Of a stretch of DNA of 64,000 bases, positions 31,611 through 42,562 are shown piece after piece. How positions within the stretch are numbered: position 1 is the stretch's first letter; every line of letters starts with the position of its first letter. Under the pieces are notes generated by a model, which saw nothing but the letters and a program-made list of their open reading frames with translations, ran no database searches and was not told where the DNA came from. The stretch covers positions 12,943 through 76,942 of the forward strand of contig JADHRD010000001.1 of NCBI GenBank assembly GCA_016777585.1, given 5' to 3'. Position numbers and translations under genes: made by a program. Source of the DNA: Rhodospirillales bacterium. Lineage in GTDB: Bacteria > Pseudomonadota > Alphaproteobacteria > Rhodospirillales > UBA2165.

Positions 31611-33497
31611 ATGGGTGATAAAAACCAAATTGCATCATCGAATGACGGTCAGCCAAATAATGAGACAAATCCACTCTCGACCGACGATGATATGAACAAT
31701 TCTGAGCAAGTTAATAAGGCGCCTAAATCAAATCCAAAAAACTTAAAGTATAATTCGTATTATTATATTTTTATATTCTCAGCACTTCTATCTCTAGGTT
31801 GTATAAGTGGAATATTGTTTTACGCTGATGGACTTCTAAGTAAAACTTTGAGACAGGTTCAAGCATCAAGTTATATCGGAAATTTAGTTTCCAAAATTGA
31901 ATCTGGAATTGTTGCCCTAAACAGTGATAGCCGCAATTTTATTTTAACAAATGATGCCCGTTATTTTGAAAATTACAAAAGACGGGGTGTGGTAATCATA
32001 AGCGACATTAAATTAATTCTAAATGATCCTGAAGCCGAAAAAATTAGAGATACAGCGATCGTTATAAATGAAAGCTTAGAAAAGCACTTTACGCAAATTA
32101 AAGGCATATCTGCGATACAGAAGTTACTGAATAGCGGATCGGACACTAGTCTAATATACAATGTTAGAAATAATCAGAAACAATTAGAGAATGAGCTGAA
32201 AAATATAGGATCTAAAAGAAATTATAACGAGATTATACTGATTAATTCTAGATTAAAGTCAAATATTATGGCATTGAGTCAGAATCCCATTCTCGGTAGT
32301 ATGTATTTTGACTCTGAAATCTTTATACTGCTTGAAAAATTAATAGAATCGTCACAATTGACCGAAAAGAAAAAACTGTTAAGAATTAAACAAACTCTAA
32401 AAACTTCAATCATACAATTATATCAAACAAACTCTCAACTTATTAAGAAAATAAATGGCTTTGATAAATTAATCGCATTTATGGGTCCCAGTCTTGATAA
32501 ACTAATAAATTACTCAAATAATAATAGTCTATCAGCCCGACAAAATAGCGAAATTGTTAGTACAAGAATTCGCAAACTATTAATTATTAGTAGTATTGTA
32601 GTTATTCTCTTATTTACTTTCGTTGGGCTCATTATGATCTGGAGCATTATAAAACCTATCAAAAAAATATCATCAGTAGCTATTGGTTTAGCTGACGGGG
32701 ATTATAGCCAGATAATTCCTGATTTGAATCAATCATCTATTGCCTCAAACTTATCGCGTACTCTTATAATATTTAAAGAAAATATGAAGAGAGCTGATCG
32801 TTTGCGCAAAGATTTAGAAATCATACAAAAGGATAGAATTCGCATTGAGGGTCCAAAGCATCTGGATAATCACATAAAAGAAAACGAAATTGCTAATAAT
32901 CTAAATAGTCAAAAGTCCAATAATACCATGGCGATACAGAAATTTGAGGCAGCCTCATCTAATCTAGAATTTGAAATCAACAAAAGTGCAATAACCAAGA
33001 TGAGCGACCAACTAACATTAACAAGTAAAAATGCTACAGAAGCAGCAGAAGATGCAGAGCGCACAGAACTAATAACAGCAGGGCTTTCAGAAATCATCGT
33101 AAAAGTGGAAGAAAGCGAGAACTTAATGACATATATCAGTGATCAAATGAGTCTTTTGACAGTACAAACAGCTCTTATTGACCCTGATAATGACAGTGAA
33201 AAAACCGAAGATACTAATACTTTAAATAATTTTGATGAAATCTTAGAGTCCAGAAATAATAAAACAGGACAAACTATAAATGTTCGAACAGCTGCTATCC
33301 AAAATAGAATAAAAAAAGTCTCAAAAATTATACAAGGTATTGGAGTAACAGTCTCTAACATAAGCGAAATCGCAAATGAATTTTCAACAAATGCTTCTGA
33401 AGAGGCGCTTAAGGCAGCAAATAACCTTTTAAATGACTCTGAAGAATTACGTTCAATGTTAGATGACTTACTAGAAAACGTTGAAAATAAAAAATAA
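31611..33497 (+). CDS. Two-TM, HAMP-containing chemoreceptor (MCP)-like protein with a degenerate signalling domain
   Basis: TM1 (YIFIFSALLSLGCISGILF), a periplasmic helical region, TM2 (LLIISSIVVILLFTFVGLIMIW), HAMP (IIKPIKKISSVAIGLADGDY...SRTLIIFKEN) and MCP-like heptads (AAEDAERT, ISDQMSLL, GIGVTVSNISEIA, ALKAANNL..SEELR). Confidence 0.7.
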   Translation: MGDKNQIASSNDGQPNNETNPLSTDDDMNNSEQVNKAPKSNPKNLKYNSYYYIFIFSALLSLGCISGILFYADGLLSKTLRQVQASSYIGNLVSKIESGIVALNSDSRNFILTNDARYFENYKRRGVVIISDIKLILNDPEAEKIRDTAIVINESLEKHFTQIKGISAIQKLLNSGSDTSLIYNVRNNQKQLENELKNIGSKRNYNEIILINSRLKSNIMALSQNPILGSMYFDSEIFILLEKLIESSQLTEKKKLLRIKQTLKTSIIQLYQTNSQLIKKINGFDKLIAFMGPSLDKLINYSNNNSLSARQNSEIVSTRIRKLLIISSIVVILLFTFVGLIMIWSIIKPIKKISSVAIGLADGDYSQIIPDLNQSSIASNLSRTLIIFKENMKRADRLRKDLEIIQKDRIRIEGPKHLDNHIKENEIANNLNSQKSNNTMAIQKFEAASSNLEFEINKSAITKMSDQLTLTSKNATEAAEDAERTELITAGLSEIIVKVEESENLMTYISDQMSLLTVQTALIDPDNDSEKTEDTNTLNNFDEILESRNNKTGQTINVRTAAIQNRIKKVSKIIQGIGVTVSNISEIANEFSTNASEEALKAANNLLNDSEELRSMLDDLLENVENKK

Positions 33498-33538
33498 AGT
33501 CTTAAATAATAAATTTAATTAGTCACAATAACTCAAAC

Positions 33539-34714
33539 TTAATCGTTCAAAAGTGGAATCACACCTGGCAATTTCTTTCCCTCTAGCCATTCTAAGAACG
33601 CGCCTCCTGCTGAGGAAATATATGAGAAAGAATCCGAAACCTGCGCATTTTTTAGTGCAGCCATTGTATCACCGCCTCCAGCGATTGTCGCAAGCTGGCG
33701 CTTTGTCGTTAGATTGGCAGCAGCCTGCGCAACACAATTGGTAGCATTATCAAATGGCTTAAATTCAAACGCACCCAATGGACCATTCCACAATAAAGTC
33801 TTACTATTGTTTAGTAACGTTATAATAGATGAAACAGTATCTGGCCCAATATCCAATATCATCAAATCAGATGGGACGGAGTCTTTCTTAGCTAATATTG
33901 TTTTAGGATTATCTTCTAATTTTTCTGCTAATATTACATCCGACGGTAGATGAATTTCACAGTCTAGGAGTTTTGCATTTTCAATAACATCGAGAGCAAC
34001 ATTAGCCATATTCTCTTCACATATTGATCGGCCTACAGGATTCCCTAATGCATATAAAAAGGTATTTGCCATTGCTCCACCCACAATTAGATGATCGACT
34101 TTTTTAAGTAGGTTCTCCAACACACCTAATTTAGTTGATATTTTATTTCCGCCCACAACTGCCACCACTGGATGTATAGGATTACCAAGGGCTAAATCTA
34201 AAGCCTGTAGTTCAGTCTCCATAAGACGTCCTGCAGCTGAGGGCAGCAGATGGGTTATGCCCTCTGTAGATGCATGCGCTCGATGAGAACACGAAAAAGC
34301 ATCATTAATATAAACATCGGCTAATCCGCTTAAAAATTTAGAAAAATCCTGATCATTATTTTCCTCTCCCGGGTTGAACCTAAGATTCTCAAGTAATATA
34401 ATCTCTCCCGGGCCAGGTTCTTTATTCCCATCTGGTGAGAAAGTTATGTTACGGTTTGGCATAAGTATTTTTAAAAGTGGTATTAATTGCTCGAGCGAGT
34501 AATCCGGAACAACTTTCCCGCTAGGACGACCCAAATGACTAGCCAAAATCACTCCCGCACCTTTTTCTAAAATTTCTTTAATAGTTGGAATGATCCTCTC
34601 AGCACGAGTTTGATCAGTAATTTTTCTTTTATTCATCGGCACATTCAGATCAACTCTAACAAGTGCGCGTCTGCCATTGAGATCGAAGTCATCAAGTGTC
34701 TTAAAGTTAACCAT
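33539..34714 (-). CDS. pgk: Phosphoglycerate kinase
   Basis: VRVDLNVP, SHLGRP, LENLRF, NDAFSCSHRAHAS, WNGPLG, GGGDT and GGAFLEWLEGK. Confidence 0.97.
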   Translation of the reverse strand: MVNFKTLDDFDLNGRRALVRVDLNVPMNKRKITDQTRAERIIPTIKEILEKGAGVILASHLGRPSGKVVPDYSLEQLIPLLKILMPNRNITFSPDGNKEPGPGEIILLENLRFNPGEENNDQDFSKFLSGLADVYINDAFSCSHRAHASTEGITHLLPSAAGRLMETELQALDLALGNPIHPVVAVVGGNKISTKLGVLENLLKKVDHLIVGGAMANTFLYALGNPVGRSICEENMANVALDVIENAKLLDCEIHLPSDVILAEKLEDNPKTILAKKDSVPSDLMILDIGPDTVSSIITLLNNSKTLLWNGPLGAFEFKPFDNATNCVAQAAANLTTKRQLATIAGGGDTMAALKNAQVSDSFSYISSAGGAFLEWLEGKKLPGVIPLLND

Positions 34715-34836
34715 AAGGAGATCCTTTTTAGAGAACCAAAACCGTGATAAGAGTAAAAATAGTTAAATCGAGGTTTGAATAAAAAACTACGTATTCAAAA
34801 AATTTAAATATTCTACACTAATAGTATTATATGCAA

Positions 34837-37518
34837 TCAAGCTGCGTTCAAATTCCTTAGAACATAATGTAGAATACCACCATGGCGATAATATTCTACC
34901 TCGTCTGCAGTATCTATCCGGCACAATAGCTGTATTGCCTCACTAGATCCGTCTTTTCGCGTGATCGTACAATTTACATCCATAAGTGGCTTAATTCCAT
35001 TTTTAAGGCCAGTAATATTATATTTTTCCGTACCATCAAGTTTTAATGTAACCCGATTCTGCCCTTCTTTGAACTGAAGAGGTAAAACACCCATTCCCAC
35101 AAGGTTAGACCGATGTATACGCTCAAAACTCTCGACAATTACTGCTTTTGCGCCCAAAAGAGTAGTACCTTTAGCTGCCCAGTCTCTCGATGATCCATTT
35201 CCATAGAGCTTACCTCCAATTATGACTAAAGGAACCCCTTCAGATGAATACTGCATTGCTGCATCATAAATAGACATTTCCTTTCCTGAGGGAAAATGCT
35301 TGGTTACCCCTCCCTCAGTTCCGGGAACCATCTCATTTTTAATACGAATATTTGCAAATGTACCCCGCATCATAACTTCATGATTACCTCGTCTAGAACC
35401 ATACGAATTGAAGTCTTGAGTGCGTATCTGCCGATCCGTTAAATACGAACCAGCCGGGCTATTTTCTTTTATAGCACCCGCCGGAGATATATGGTCAGTC
35501 GTAATGGAGTCTCCCAATACCGCTAATGCTCGGGCGTCAACAATATCATTAAAATCTCCAGGTTCAAGTGTCATACCCTCAAAAAAACTTGGGTATTTGA
35601 CGTAAGTGGAGGCGGATTGCCAATCGTAAGTTTCACTACCCTCTGTCTGGATACCTTGCCATTGCTCTGGGCCTTTCCAAACATCATCCCCGTAACGGTT
35701 TGAAAACATTTCAGGTGTCATATGATTGAGTACTGCTTCACTGACCTCTTTATTAGAAGGCCATATGTCCTTTAGAAATACTGGCTGTCCATCCTTATCA
35801 TGGCCAAGTGGATCATTGTACAAATCAGCTTTCATAGAACCTGCTAAAGCGTATGCAACAACTAACGGAGGGGAGGCCAGATAATTTGTTTTAATTTGAG
35901 CGTGAATGCGGCCTTCAAAATTTCTATTGCCCGATAGAACTGAACAAACAGTCAAATCGCCAGACGTAATTGCCTCATCAACTGGGGTTGGCAATGGACC
36001 CGAGTTTCCAATACAGGTAGTACATCCGTATCCGACAACATTGAAACCCAGACCATCAAGCTCACTCTGCAAACCAGCATTTTCAAGATAATCTGAAACT
36101 ACCTTACTTCCAGGGGCCAATGAAGTTTTAACCCAAGGCTTCGGTTTTAGGCCAGCAACATTGGCATTGCGGGCAAGCAAACCGGCCGCCATCAATACTG
36201 AGGGATTTGAAGTATTGGTGCAGGACGTTATTGAGGCAATTACGACATCCCCATCCTTTACTTTAAAATCAGCACCCTCTGGTGATTGAGGGCCATTTCC
36301 CCTCCCAAGATCATCTAGCGTTTGTTCAAATGCTAATGAGGCGTCTTTCAGAGCAATGCGATCTTGAGGTCGCTTGGGTCCAGAAATTGATGATTCCACC
36401 GTTGAAATATCAAGTTCCAGAGTATCTGTAAAAATTGGATCTTCCGAATTAGCATCTCTCCACATTCCTTGCGCCTTTGCATATTCTTCAACCAAAGCAA
36501 CCCGATCAGGGTCTCGGGAAGTAAAAGATAAGAATCTTATAGTTTCTCGATCAATTGGAAAAATCCCACAAGTAGCACCATACTCTGGCGCCATATTGGC
36601 AATCGTCGCCCTATCAGGCAAACTCAATCCATCGAGAGCGCTACCAAAAAATTCAACAAACTTACCCACAACTCCCTTCTCACGGAGCATTTGAACAACA
36701 CGTAAAACTAGATCTGTCGCAGTCGCACCTTCTTTCATCGCTCCTGTCAATTTAAATCCGATAACTTCCGGAACAAGCATTGAGACAGGTTGACCAAGCA
36801 TAGCAGCTTCCGCCTCAATTCCCCCTACACCCCAACCAAGGACGGCTAGACCATTCACCATTGTCGTATGACTATCAGTTCCCACCAAAGTGTCAGGATA
36901 AGCAATCGTTTTTCCGTCAACTTCGTCTGTCCAAACCGTTTGTGATAAAAACTCAAGATTAACTTGATGGCATATACCAGTACCCGGAGGTACTACTCGG
37001 AAATTATCGAATGCCTTTGAGCCCCAGCGCAAGAACTCGTATCGTTCTTCATTTCTCTCAAATTCTTTCTCGACGTTTGCATTAAAAGCATTACTTGAAC
37101 CAAAATTATCAATCATAACAGAATGATCTATAACGAGGTCAACCGGACTTAATGGGTTAATTTTCTGGGGATCCCCACCTAAATCTTTCATTGCCTGGCG
37201 CATAGCAGCCAAATCTACAACCGCTGGAACACCAGTAAAATCTTGCATCAAAACCCTTGCAGGACGAAAGGCTATCTCACTTTTTGAACTTCGATTTTCA
37301 AGCCATGCCCCCAATGCTTTTACATCGTCGACAGTCACAGAAATGCCATCTTCAAACCGCAGTAGGTTTTCCAAAAGAACCTTTAACGAGAAAGGTAAAC
37401 GTGAAATATCGCCTAAACCACCGTCAGAGGCTGCTTTTAGGCTGTAATAATCATAATTTTTGGAACCAACGTTAAGAGACCGACGAGTTTTTAAAGTATC
37501 CTGGCCAATTTTGGACAT
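34837..37518 (-). CDS. acnA: Aconitate hydratase A
   Basis: [52 protein letters not shown] and [10 protein letters not shown]. Confidence 0.98.
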   Translation of the reverse strand: MSKIGQDTLKTRRSLNVGSKNYDYYSLKAASDGGLGDISRLPFSLKVLLENLLRFEDGISVTVDDVKALGAWLENRSSKSEIAFRPARVLMQDFTGVPAVVDLAAMRQAMKDLGGDPQKINPLSPVDLVIDHSVMIDNFGSSNAFNANVEKEFERNEERYEFLRWGSKAFDNFRVVPPGTGICHQVNLEFLSQTVWTDEVDGKTIAYPDTLVGTDSHTTMVNGLAVLGWGVGGIEAEAAMLGQPVSMLVPEVIGFKLTGAMKEGATATDLVLRVVQMLREKGVVGKFVEFFGSALDGLSLPDRATIANMAPEYGATCGIFPIDRETIRFLSFTSRDPDRVALVEEYAKAQGMWRDANSEDPIFTDTLELDISTVESSISGPKRPQDRIALKDASLAFEQTLDDLGRGNGPQSPEGADFKVKDGDVVIASITSCTNTSNPSVLMAAGLLARNANVAGLKPKPWVKTSLAPGSKVVSDYLENAGLQSELDGLGFNVVGYGCTTCIGNSGPLPTPVDEAITSGDLTVCSVLSGNRNFEGRIHAQIKTNYLASPPLVVAYALAGSMKADLYNDPLGHDKDGQPVFLKDIWPSNKEVSEAVLNHMTPEMFSNRYGDDVWKGPEQWQGIQTEGSETYDWQSASTYVKYPSFFEGMTLEPGDFNDIVDARALAVLGDSITTDHISPAGAIKENSPAGSYLTDRQIRTQDFNSYGSRRGNHEVMMRGTFANIRIKNEMVPGTEGGVTKHFPSGKEMSIYDAAMQYSSEGVPLVIIGGKLYGNGSSRDWAAKGTTLLGAKAVIVESFERIHRSNLVGMGVLPLQFKEGQNRVTLKLDGTEKYNITGLKNGIKPLMDVNCTITRKDGSSEAIQLLCRIDTADEVEYYRHGGILHYVLRNLNAA

Positions 37519-37705
37519 GTGCGACTCCTGAATTAAAGTTTAGCTTATGAAAAATATTGGGTCAGAAACTGAATTACACCAAGAGTTCCTATAATTCCAG
37601 CATTTTTAAATAAAAAATTAATTTTGGGAACTAATTATAAATTGGTGCAATTATAACTTATGAGAAAACATTGTAACACTAATTAACCTGATATAAGTAT
37701 TATAC

Positions 37706-38359
37706 ATGGACGTATTTTCTGGTGAGAGTTTAACCTGTATTAGGGGTGATAGAGTTGTATTCACCAACCTCAATTTTTCCATTGAGGAGGGAGAAGTGCT
37801 TAATTTGCAAGGCCCAAATGGCAGTGGCAAATCAACTTTACTTCGACTTATGGCCGGGTTAATCAGCCCGCTTGAGGGCAAATTGATTTGGAATGGCAGT
37901 GAAGTACAAATTCAGGAGAGAGATTTTTGTATCTATTTTCACTACGTGGGCCACCAGGATGCCATTAAAAATGCGTTAACAGTTGAAGAGAACTTAAGGT
38001 TTTGGTCTGATTTAAGGTCACTTGGTCAAAATGAGTCTATGATTAAGAGAGCATTAGACACTTTTTCACTTACAGATCTCTCAAGTTTGCCTGCCCGATT
38101 TCTCTCAGCTGGTCAGCGTAAGCGCCTTAATTTAACACGATTATGCACAACAACAGCCCGTCTTTGGATTTTAGATGAACCTGCTAACTCTTTGGACAAA
38201 GAGTCATCAGAAATTCTTAATGATCTTATTAAGGTTCATCAAAAAGATGGAGGCATTTTGGCCATAGCAACGCACGATATTGTGATGCCAGGAAATAAAA
38301 TTTTAAATATAACCGATTTTAGTGATACCAAAAATTTCAAAGATCTTAACGATGAATGA
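37706..38359 (+). CDS. ccmA: Heme ABC exporter ATP-binding protein CcmA
   Basis: GPNGSGKSTLLR, LSAGQRKR and WILDEP. Divergent from acnA. Confidence 0.95.
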   Translation: MDVFSGESLTCIRGDRVVFTNLNFSIEEGEVLNLQGPNGSGKSTLLRLMAGLISPLEGKLIWNGSEVQIQERDFCIYFHYVGHQDAIKNALTVEENLRFWSDLRSLGQNESMIKRALDTFSLTDLSSLPARFLSAGQRKRLNLTRLCTTTARLWILDEPANSLDKESSEILNDLIKVHQKDGGILAIATHDIVMPGNKILNITDFSDTKNFKDLNDE

Positions 38360-39029
38360 CTTATTAAAATTTTTATTTTATATAGTAAGACGAGAACTCC
38401 GCATGGCCTTTCGCAATGGCACTGACTCATGGGTTGTAGTGATGTTTTTCATGATTGTGGTGATACTTTTCCCGCTTGGTGTGGGACCAGAACCAGATAT
38501 ACTTAACAAAATCAGTTCAGGAGTAATATGGGTAGCAGCTTTGTTATCAGCGATGCTCTCAATGGATCGTTTATTTCATGTTGATTATGATGATGGGAGC
38601 CTAGAACTCCTCGTACTCCATCCTCAGCCCCTCGAATTTATTGTTCTCGCCAAGGTATTAGCACACTGGTTAACCACGGGATTACCACTTATTATTGTAT
38701 CCCCTTTATTGGCAATATTTTTAAATATGGACATCTCTAGTTATTTTGTTCTTATTATCACGTTGTTTTTGGGAACTCCAACATTGAGCCTCATTGGCTC
38801 AATCGGTGCGGCGCTTATATTGGGTGCACGTCGAAGTGGAGCATTATTATCTTTGATAATATTACCCTTATTTATACCAGTTCTAATATTTGGAGTAAGT
38901 GCTGTTGAAGCATCCATTTTGGGTGTTTCTAGCAAACCGCAATTATTGATATTAGGTGGATTATTTTTGTTGAGTTCCGCTTTATGCCCTATAGCAAGTG
39001 CTGCTTCACTGCGGCAAGCGATAGAATAA
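38352..39029 (+). CDS. ccmB: Heme exporter protein CcmB
   Basis: LFPLGVGP, DYDDGSLE, KVLAHWL and LPLFIPVLIFG. ATG at 38352. Confidence 0.95.
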   Translation: MNDLLKFLFYIVRRELRMAFRNGTDSWVVVMFFMIVVILFPLGVGPEPDILNKISSGVIWVAALLSAMLSMDRLFHVDYDDGSLELLVLHPQPLEFIVLAKVLAHWLTTGLPLIIVSPLLAIFLNMDISSYFVLIITLFLGTPTLSLIGSIGAALILGARRSGALLSLIILPLFIPVLIFGVSAVEASILGVSSKPQLLILGGLFLLSSALCPIASAASLRQAIE

Positions 39030-39162
39030 TCATGGATTTCATTAGCGTAAGATTAAATAAATGATAATGATCGTCCATAAGATCCAATTTCTGCTATTTG
39101 CGTATTCATAATTTTAGGTTATATCGGTATTACTATCTTACTTTAAAGGCTGATTTAATTAA

Positions 39163-39885
39163 ATGATCAACTATTTTGCAAACCCAACCCGTTTTTTAAA
39201 AATTGCAAAAGGCCTGCAACCTATCGTTGCTTTGATCGCGGTAGGTTCAATTTTAACTGGTTTGTATTATTCGCTTATTCAATCTCCGCCGGACTATCAA
39301 CAAAGTGAAACAGTTCGCATGATGTATGTTCACGTTCCAGCTGCGTGGATGGCAATGTTCTGTTACGTAGCACTCGCTGGCTTTAGCTCAGTTTTGTTAA
39401 TTTGGCGACATATTGTGGCAGATATACTGGCCAAATCAACTGCACCGATAGGAGCATGTTTTACATTTCTCGCTTTGGCAACAGGATCCTTATGGGGAAA
39501 ACCAATGTGGGGAACTTGGTGGGTTTGGGACGCCCGTCTAACATCAGTTTTAATTCTATTTTTATTATATCTTGGATACATGGTGTTATATAACGCGTTT
39601 GATGATCGTAGCAGAGGGGCCCGAGCAGCAGCAATTTTATCAATTGTGGGTGTCATAAATGTACCAATCATCAAATTTAGTGTGGACTGGTGGAACACAC
39701 TCCATCAACCGGCCAGCGTTATTAAAATGGATGGGCCTGCTATACACTCGAGTATGCTTACTCCATTGATACTAATGGCAGTCGGATACACGTCACTTTT
39801 TATCTGGATTTTGCTCATTCGCGCCCGTGCTGAGCTAAATCTTCAAAAAGTTCATGCGCTTAAAATTCGTTTAGCAAAAGTATAG
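39163..39885 (+). CDS. ccmC: Heme exporter protein CcmC
   Basis: PPDYQQ, YVHVP, WGKPMWGTWWVWDARLTS (WWD motif) and SVDWWNTLHQ. Confidence 0.97.
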   Translation: MINYFANPTRFLKIAKGLQPIVALIAVGSILTGLYYSLIQSPPDYQQSETVRMMYVHVPAAWMAMFCYVALAGFSSVLLIWRHIVADILAKSTAPIGACFTFLALATGSLWGKPMWGTWWVWDARLTSVLILFLLYLGYMVLYNAFDDRSRGARAAAILSIVGVINVPIIKFSVDWWNTLHQPASVIKMDGPAIHSSMLTPLILMAVGYTSLFIWILLIRARAELNLQKVHALKIRLAKV

Positions 39886-39888
39886 GTT

Positions 39889-40068
39889 ATGTTAGAGAGT
39901 ATATACAATTATTTTATTATGGACGGATATGGTATTTTTATCTGGGTCGCATTTGGTTTATCGTTTGTTATTCTTGCGGGTTTATTCGTACAAAGCATAC
40001 GATTATTTCGATCATCTGAAAAAGCTTTAGAGGATTTACAAATACAGGTTCGTCAAGATGAAAAATAG
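39889..40068 (+). CDS. ccmD: Heme exporter protein CcmD (59 aa, absent from the ORF track)
   Basis: Hand translation: MLESIYNYFIMDGYGIFIWVAFGLSFVILAGLFVQSIRLFRSSEKALEDLQIQVRQDEK*. It has the M-x-GY-x-x-F-x-W motif, one TM helix and a charged tail, and lies between ccmC and ccmE. Confidence 0.9.
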   Translation: MLESIYNYFIMDGYGIFIWVAFGLSFVILAGLFVQSIRLFRSSEKALEDLQIQVRQDEK

Positions 40069-40504
40069 ACAAAAGCGTTTTTCTTTTATTGGCTTAGGAT
40101 TTCTTTTAATCGCAGGTGCCGCTGCACTTGTACTATCAGCTTTCGAAGATAATATAGTATTTTTTCATAGCCCGACGGAGATAGTTAATAAGTTTAGAGC
40201 ACAAAAACTTAAACCAGCTCAACGTCTACGAGTGGGTGGGTTGGTAGAAAAAGGTAGCGTTACAAAAGTTAGTGACGGAGCCACAAATCGATTCAAAGTA
40301 ACAGACCTTAATAACTCTATAATCGTAGAATTTCGTGGCATTCTTCCAGATCTATTCAGGGAGGGGCAAGGCATTGTAGCGGAAGGTTTTTATCAAAATA
40401 ATATTTTTAATGCAACAGACGTTTTAGCCAAACATGATGAAACATATATGCCCCCTGAAGTAGCAGAAGCACTTAAAAAATCAGGTCAATGGAAACCCCA
40501 ATGA
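40058..40504 (+). CDS. ccmE: Heme chaperone CcmE
   Basis: RVGGLV, GILPDLFREGQG and LAKHDETYMPPE (HxxxY). Confidence 0.97.
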   Translation: MKNRQKRFSFIGLGFLLIAGAAALVLSAFEDNIVFFHSPTEIVNKFRAQKLKPAQRLRVGGLVEKGSVTKVSDGATNRFKVTDLNNSIIVEFRGILPDLFREGQGIVAEGFYQNNIFNATDVLAKHDETYMPPEVAEALKKSGQWKPQ

Positions 40505-40573
40505 AAAAAAATAACAAAACAAAAATATTAAATATTATTTTAAGCAAGACGCAATTTAGGGTGGGTTAATTAT

Positions 40574-42562
40574 ATGATCATTGAAAGCGGCCATTTCGTT
40601 CTAATTCTCTCCCTTCTGATGGCATTTCTTCAGTCAACGGTGCCGATGATAGGAGTGCACCTACGCAATAATCAGTTAATGGCTATTGCTGCACCCGCGG
40701 CAATAATCCAATTTGTTCTAATTTTAGGTTCATTTCTCGCTTTAACGTACGCATACGTTGTATCTGATTTTTCTGTAATCAACGTTACTTCCAATTCTCA
40801 TACAGCTAAACCCCTCTTATATAAAGTGAGCGGAGTTTGGGGTAATCACGAAGGGTCCATGCTACTTTGGGCTCTTATACTCTCAGGCTATGGAGCAGCA
40901 ATTGCATTATTTGGTGGCAACTTAACTCCCACTTTAAAAGTTAGAGTCCTTGGGGTGCAAGCTATGCTTGGTGTTGGTATTCTCGCTTTTATTTTGTTCA
41001 CCTCCAACCCCTTTTTAAGGGTTTTTCCAGCACCAGAAAATGGTAGTGGTTTAAACCCACTACTACAAGATCCTGGGCTAGCATTTCATCCCCCCTTACT
41101 CTATCTAGGTTATGTTGGTCTCTCTCTAACATTCTCGTTTGCAGTAGCTGCGCTCATCGAAGGAAGAGTAGATGCAGCTTGGGCACGTTGGGTAAGACCT
41201 TGGACTTTAGCCGCGTGGGGGTTTCTCACCGGAGGCATTGTTCTCGGCTCGTGGTGGGCCTACTACGAATTAGGCTGGGGAGGATGGTGGTTTTGGGACC
41301 CCGTAGAAAATGCCTCGTTCATGCCATGGCTTGCAGCAACTGCGTTATTACACTCTTCCATTGTATCAGAGAAACGGGATAGCTTAAAATCTTGGACGAT
41401 ATTCCTAGCCATTGTTGCCTTCGGTTTAAGTTTGTTAGGAACTTTTCTGGTGAGATCAGGGGTCATTACTTCTGTACATGCATTCGCATCTGACCCAACT
41501 CGTGGAGTGTTTATATTACTGTTACTGGTAGTAACGATTGGGGGAGCCTTTTTATTGTTCGCTTGGCGCGGGCCCAGTTTAAAAACAGATGGTATTTTTC
41601 ATCCTGTCTCTCGGGAGGGGGGATTGATTCTAAATAATTTTATTCTTACCATCGCGGCCGCGTCAATTCTCCTTGGAACGTTGTATCCGTTATTTGTAGA
41701 TGTTCTGGAATTAGGCAAAGTTTCTGTCGGCGCACCATATTTTGAGAGCGTTTTTGTACCAATGATGATACCCATGATTGTCGTTATGGGCATTGCTCCT
41801 TTTTTGAGATGGAAACGTGGCGATTTTAATAAAACTACAAATAAATTAAAGGTCGTGGGGGTAATTTCGCTGATCGGTGGTTGTTTTGTTTGGCTCATAG
41901 TTGATCGCTCTAGTGCTCTATCATCTTTAGGTATAGCATTATCAATTTGGTTGTTTTCAGCGACGTTCGTTGAATTAACCTCCCGTATTAAACTTTTTCA
42001 GGTACCCTTAAAAGATAGTATGCGAAGTATTATACGCCAACCACGGGCAAGTTGGGGGATGACCTTTGCCCATATGGGATTGGCAATAGCGGTAGCTGGT
42101 ATCACTGCATCGAGCACCTGGAAAGTTGAGAGCATCCAAGTTATGAAGTTTGGTGACCAAGTTAAAGTCGCTGGTTATACGTATACCCTAAAAGAAGTCA
42201 GAAAGGTACAAGGCCCTAATTACATAGCAACACGCGGGATTTTTAGTGTTAAAAAAGGCGATAACTTTAACGTAACGCTTAAACCAGAAAAACGAGAATA
42301 TCAAACTCGTACCATGGTTACGACTGAAGCCGCAATCTACTCGACATTCTTTGGCGACTTATATGCCGTTGTTGGTGATCGAGATGAAAATTCTGGCGGG
42401 TATATCACAAGAATCTACTTTAACCCCCTTGTGCCCTGGATGTGGGCTGGCGCTATCCTCATGGTTCTTGGGGCTGCAATTAGTCTGACTGATCGTCGTC
42501 ATCGCGTTGGAGCTCCAGCGCGCAATGCAAATATTGGCACTAGTCAGGTCATTGTTAAATGA
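40574..42562 (+). CDS. ccmF: Cytochrome c heme lyase CcmF
   Basis: WGNHEGS, LNPLLQDPG, HPPLLYLGY, WAYYELGWGGWWFWDPVENAS and SVHAFA. Confidence 0.97.
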   Translation: MIIESGHFVLILSLLMAFLQSTVPMIGVHLRNNQLMAIAAPAAIIQFVLILGSFLALTYAYVVSDFSVINVTSNSHTAKPLLYKVSGVWGNHEGSMLLWALILSGYGAAIALFGGNLTPTLKVRVLGVQAMLGVGILAFILFTSNPFLRVFPAPENGSGLNPLLQDPGLAFHPPLLYLGYVGLSLTFSFAVAALIEGRVDAAWARWVRPWTLAAWGFLTGGIVLGSWWAYYELGWGGWWFWDPVENASFMPWLAATALLHSSIVSEKRDSLKSWTIFLAIVAFGLSLLGTFLVRSGVITSVHAFASDPTRGVFILLLLVVTIGGAFLLFAWRGPSLKTDGIFHPVSREGGLILNNFILTIAAASILLGTLYPLFVDVLELGKVSVGAPYFESVFVPMMIPMIVVMGIAPFLRWKRGDFNKTTNKLKVVGVISLIGGCFVWLIVDRSSALSSLGIALSIWLFSATFVELTSRIKLFQVPLKDSMRSIIRQPRASWGMTFAHMGLAIAVAGITASSTWKVESIQVMKFGDQVKVAGYTYTLKEVRKVQGPNYIATRGIFSVKKGDNFNVTLKPEKREYQTRTMVTTEAAIYSTFFGDLYAVVGDRDENSGGYITRIYFNPLVPWMWAGAILMVLGAAISLTDRRHRVGAPARNANIGTSQVIVK

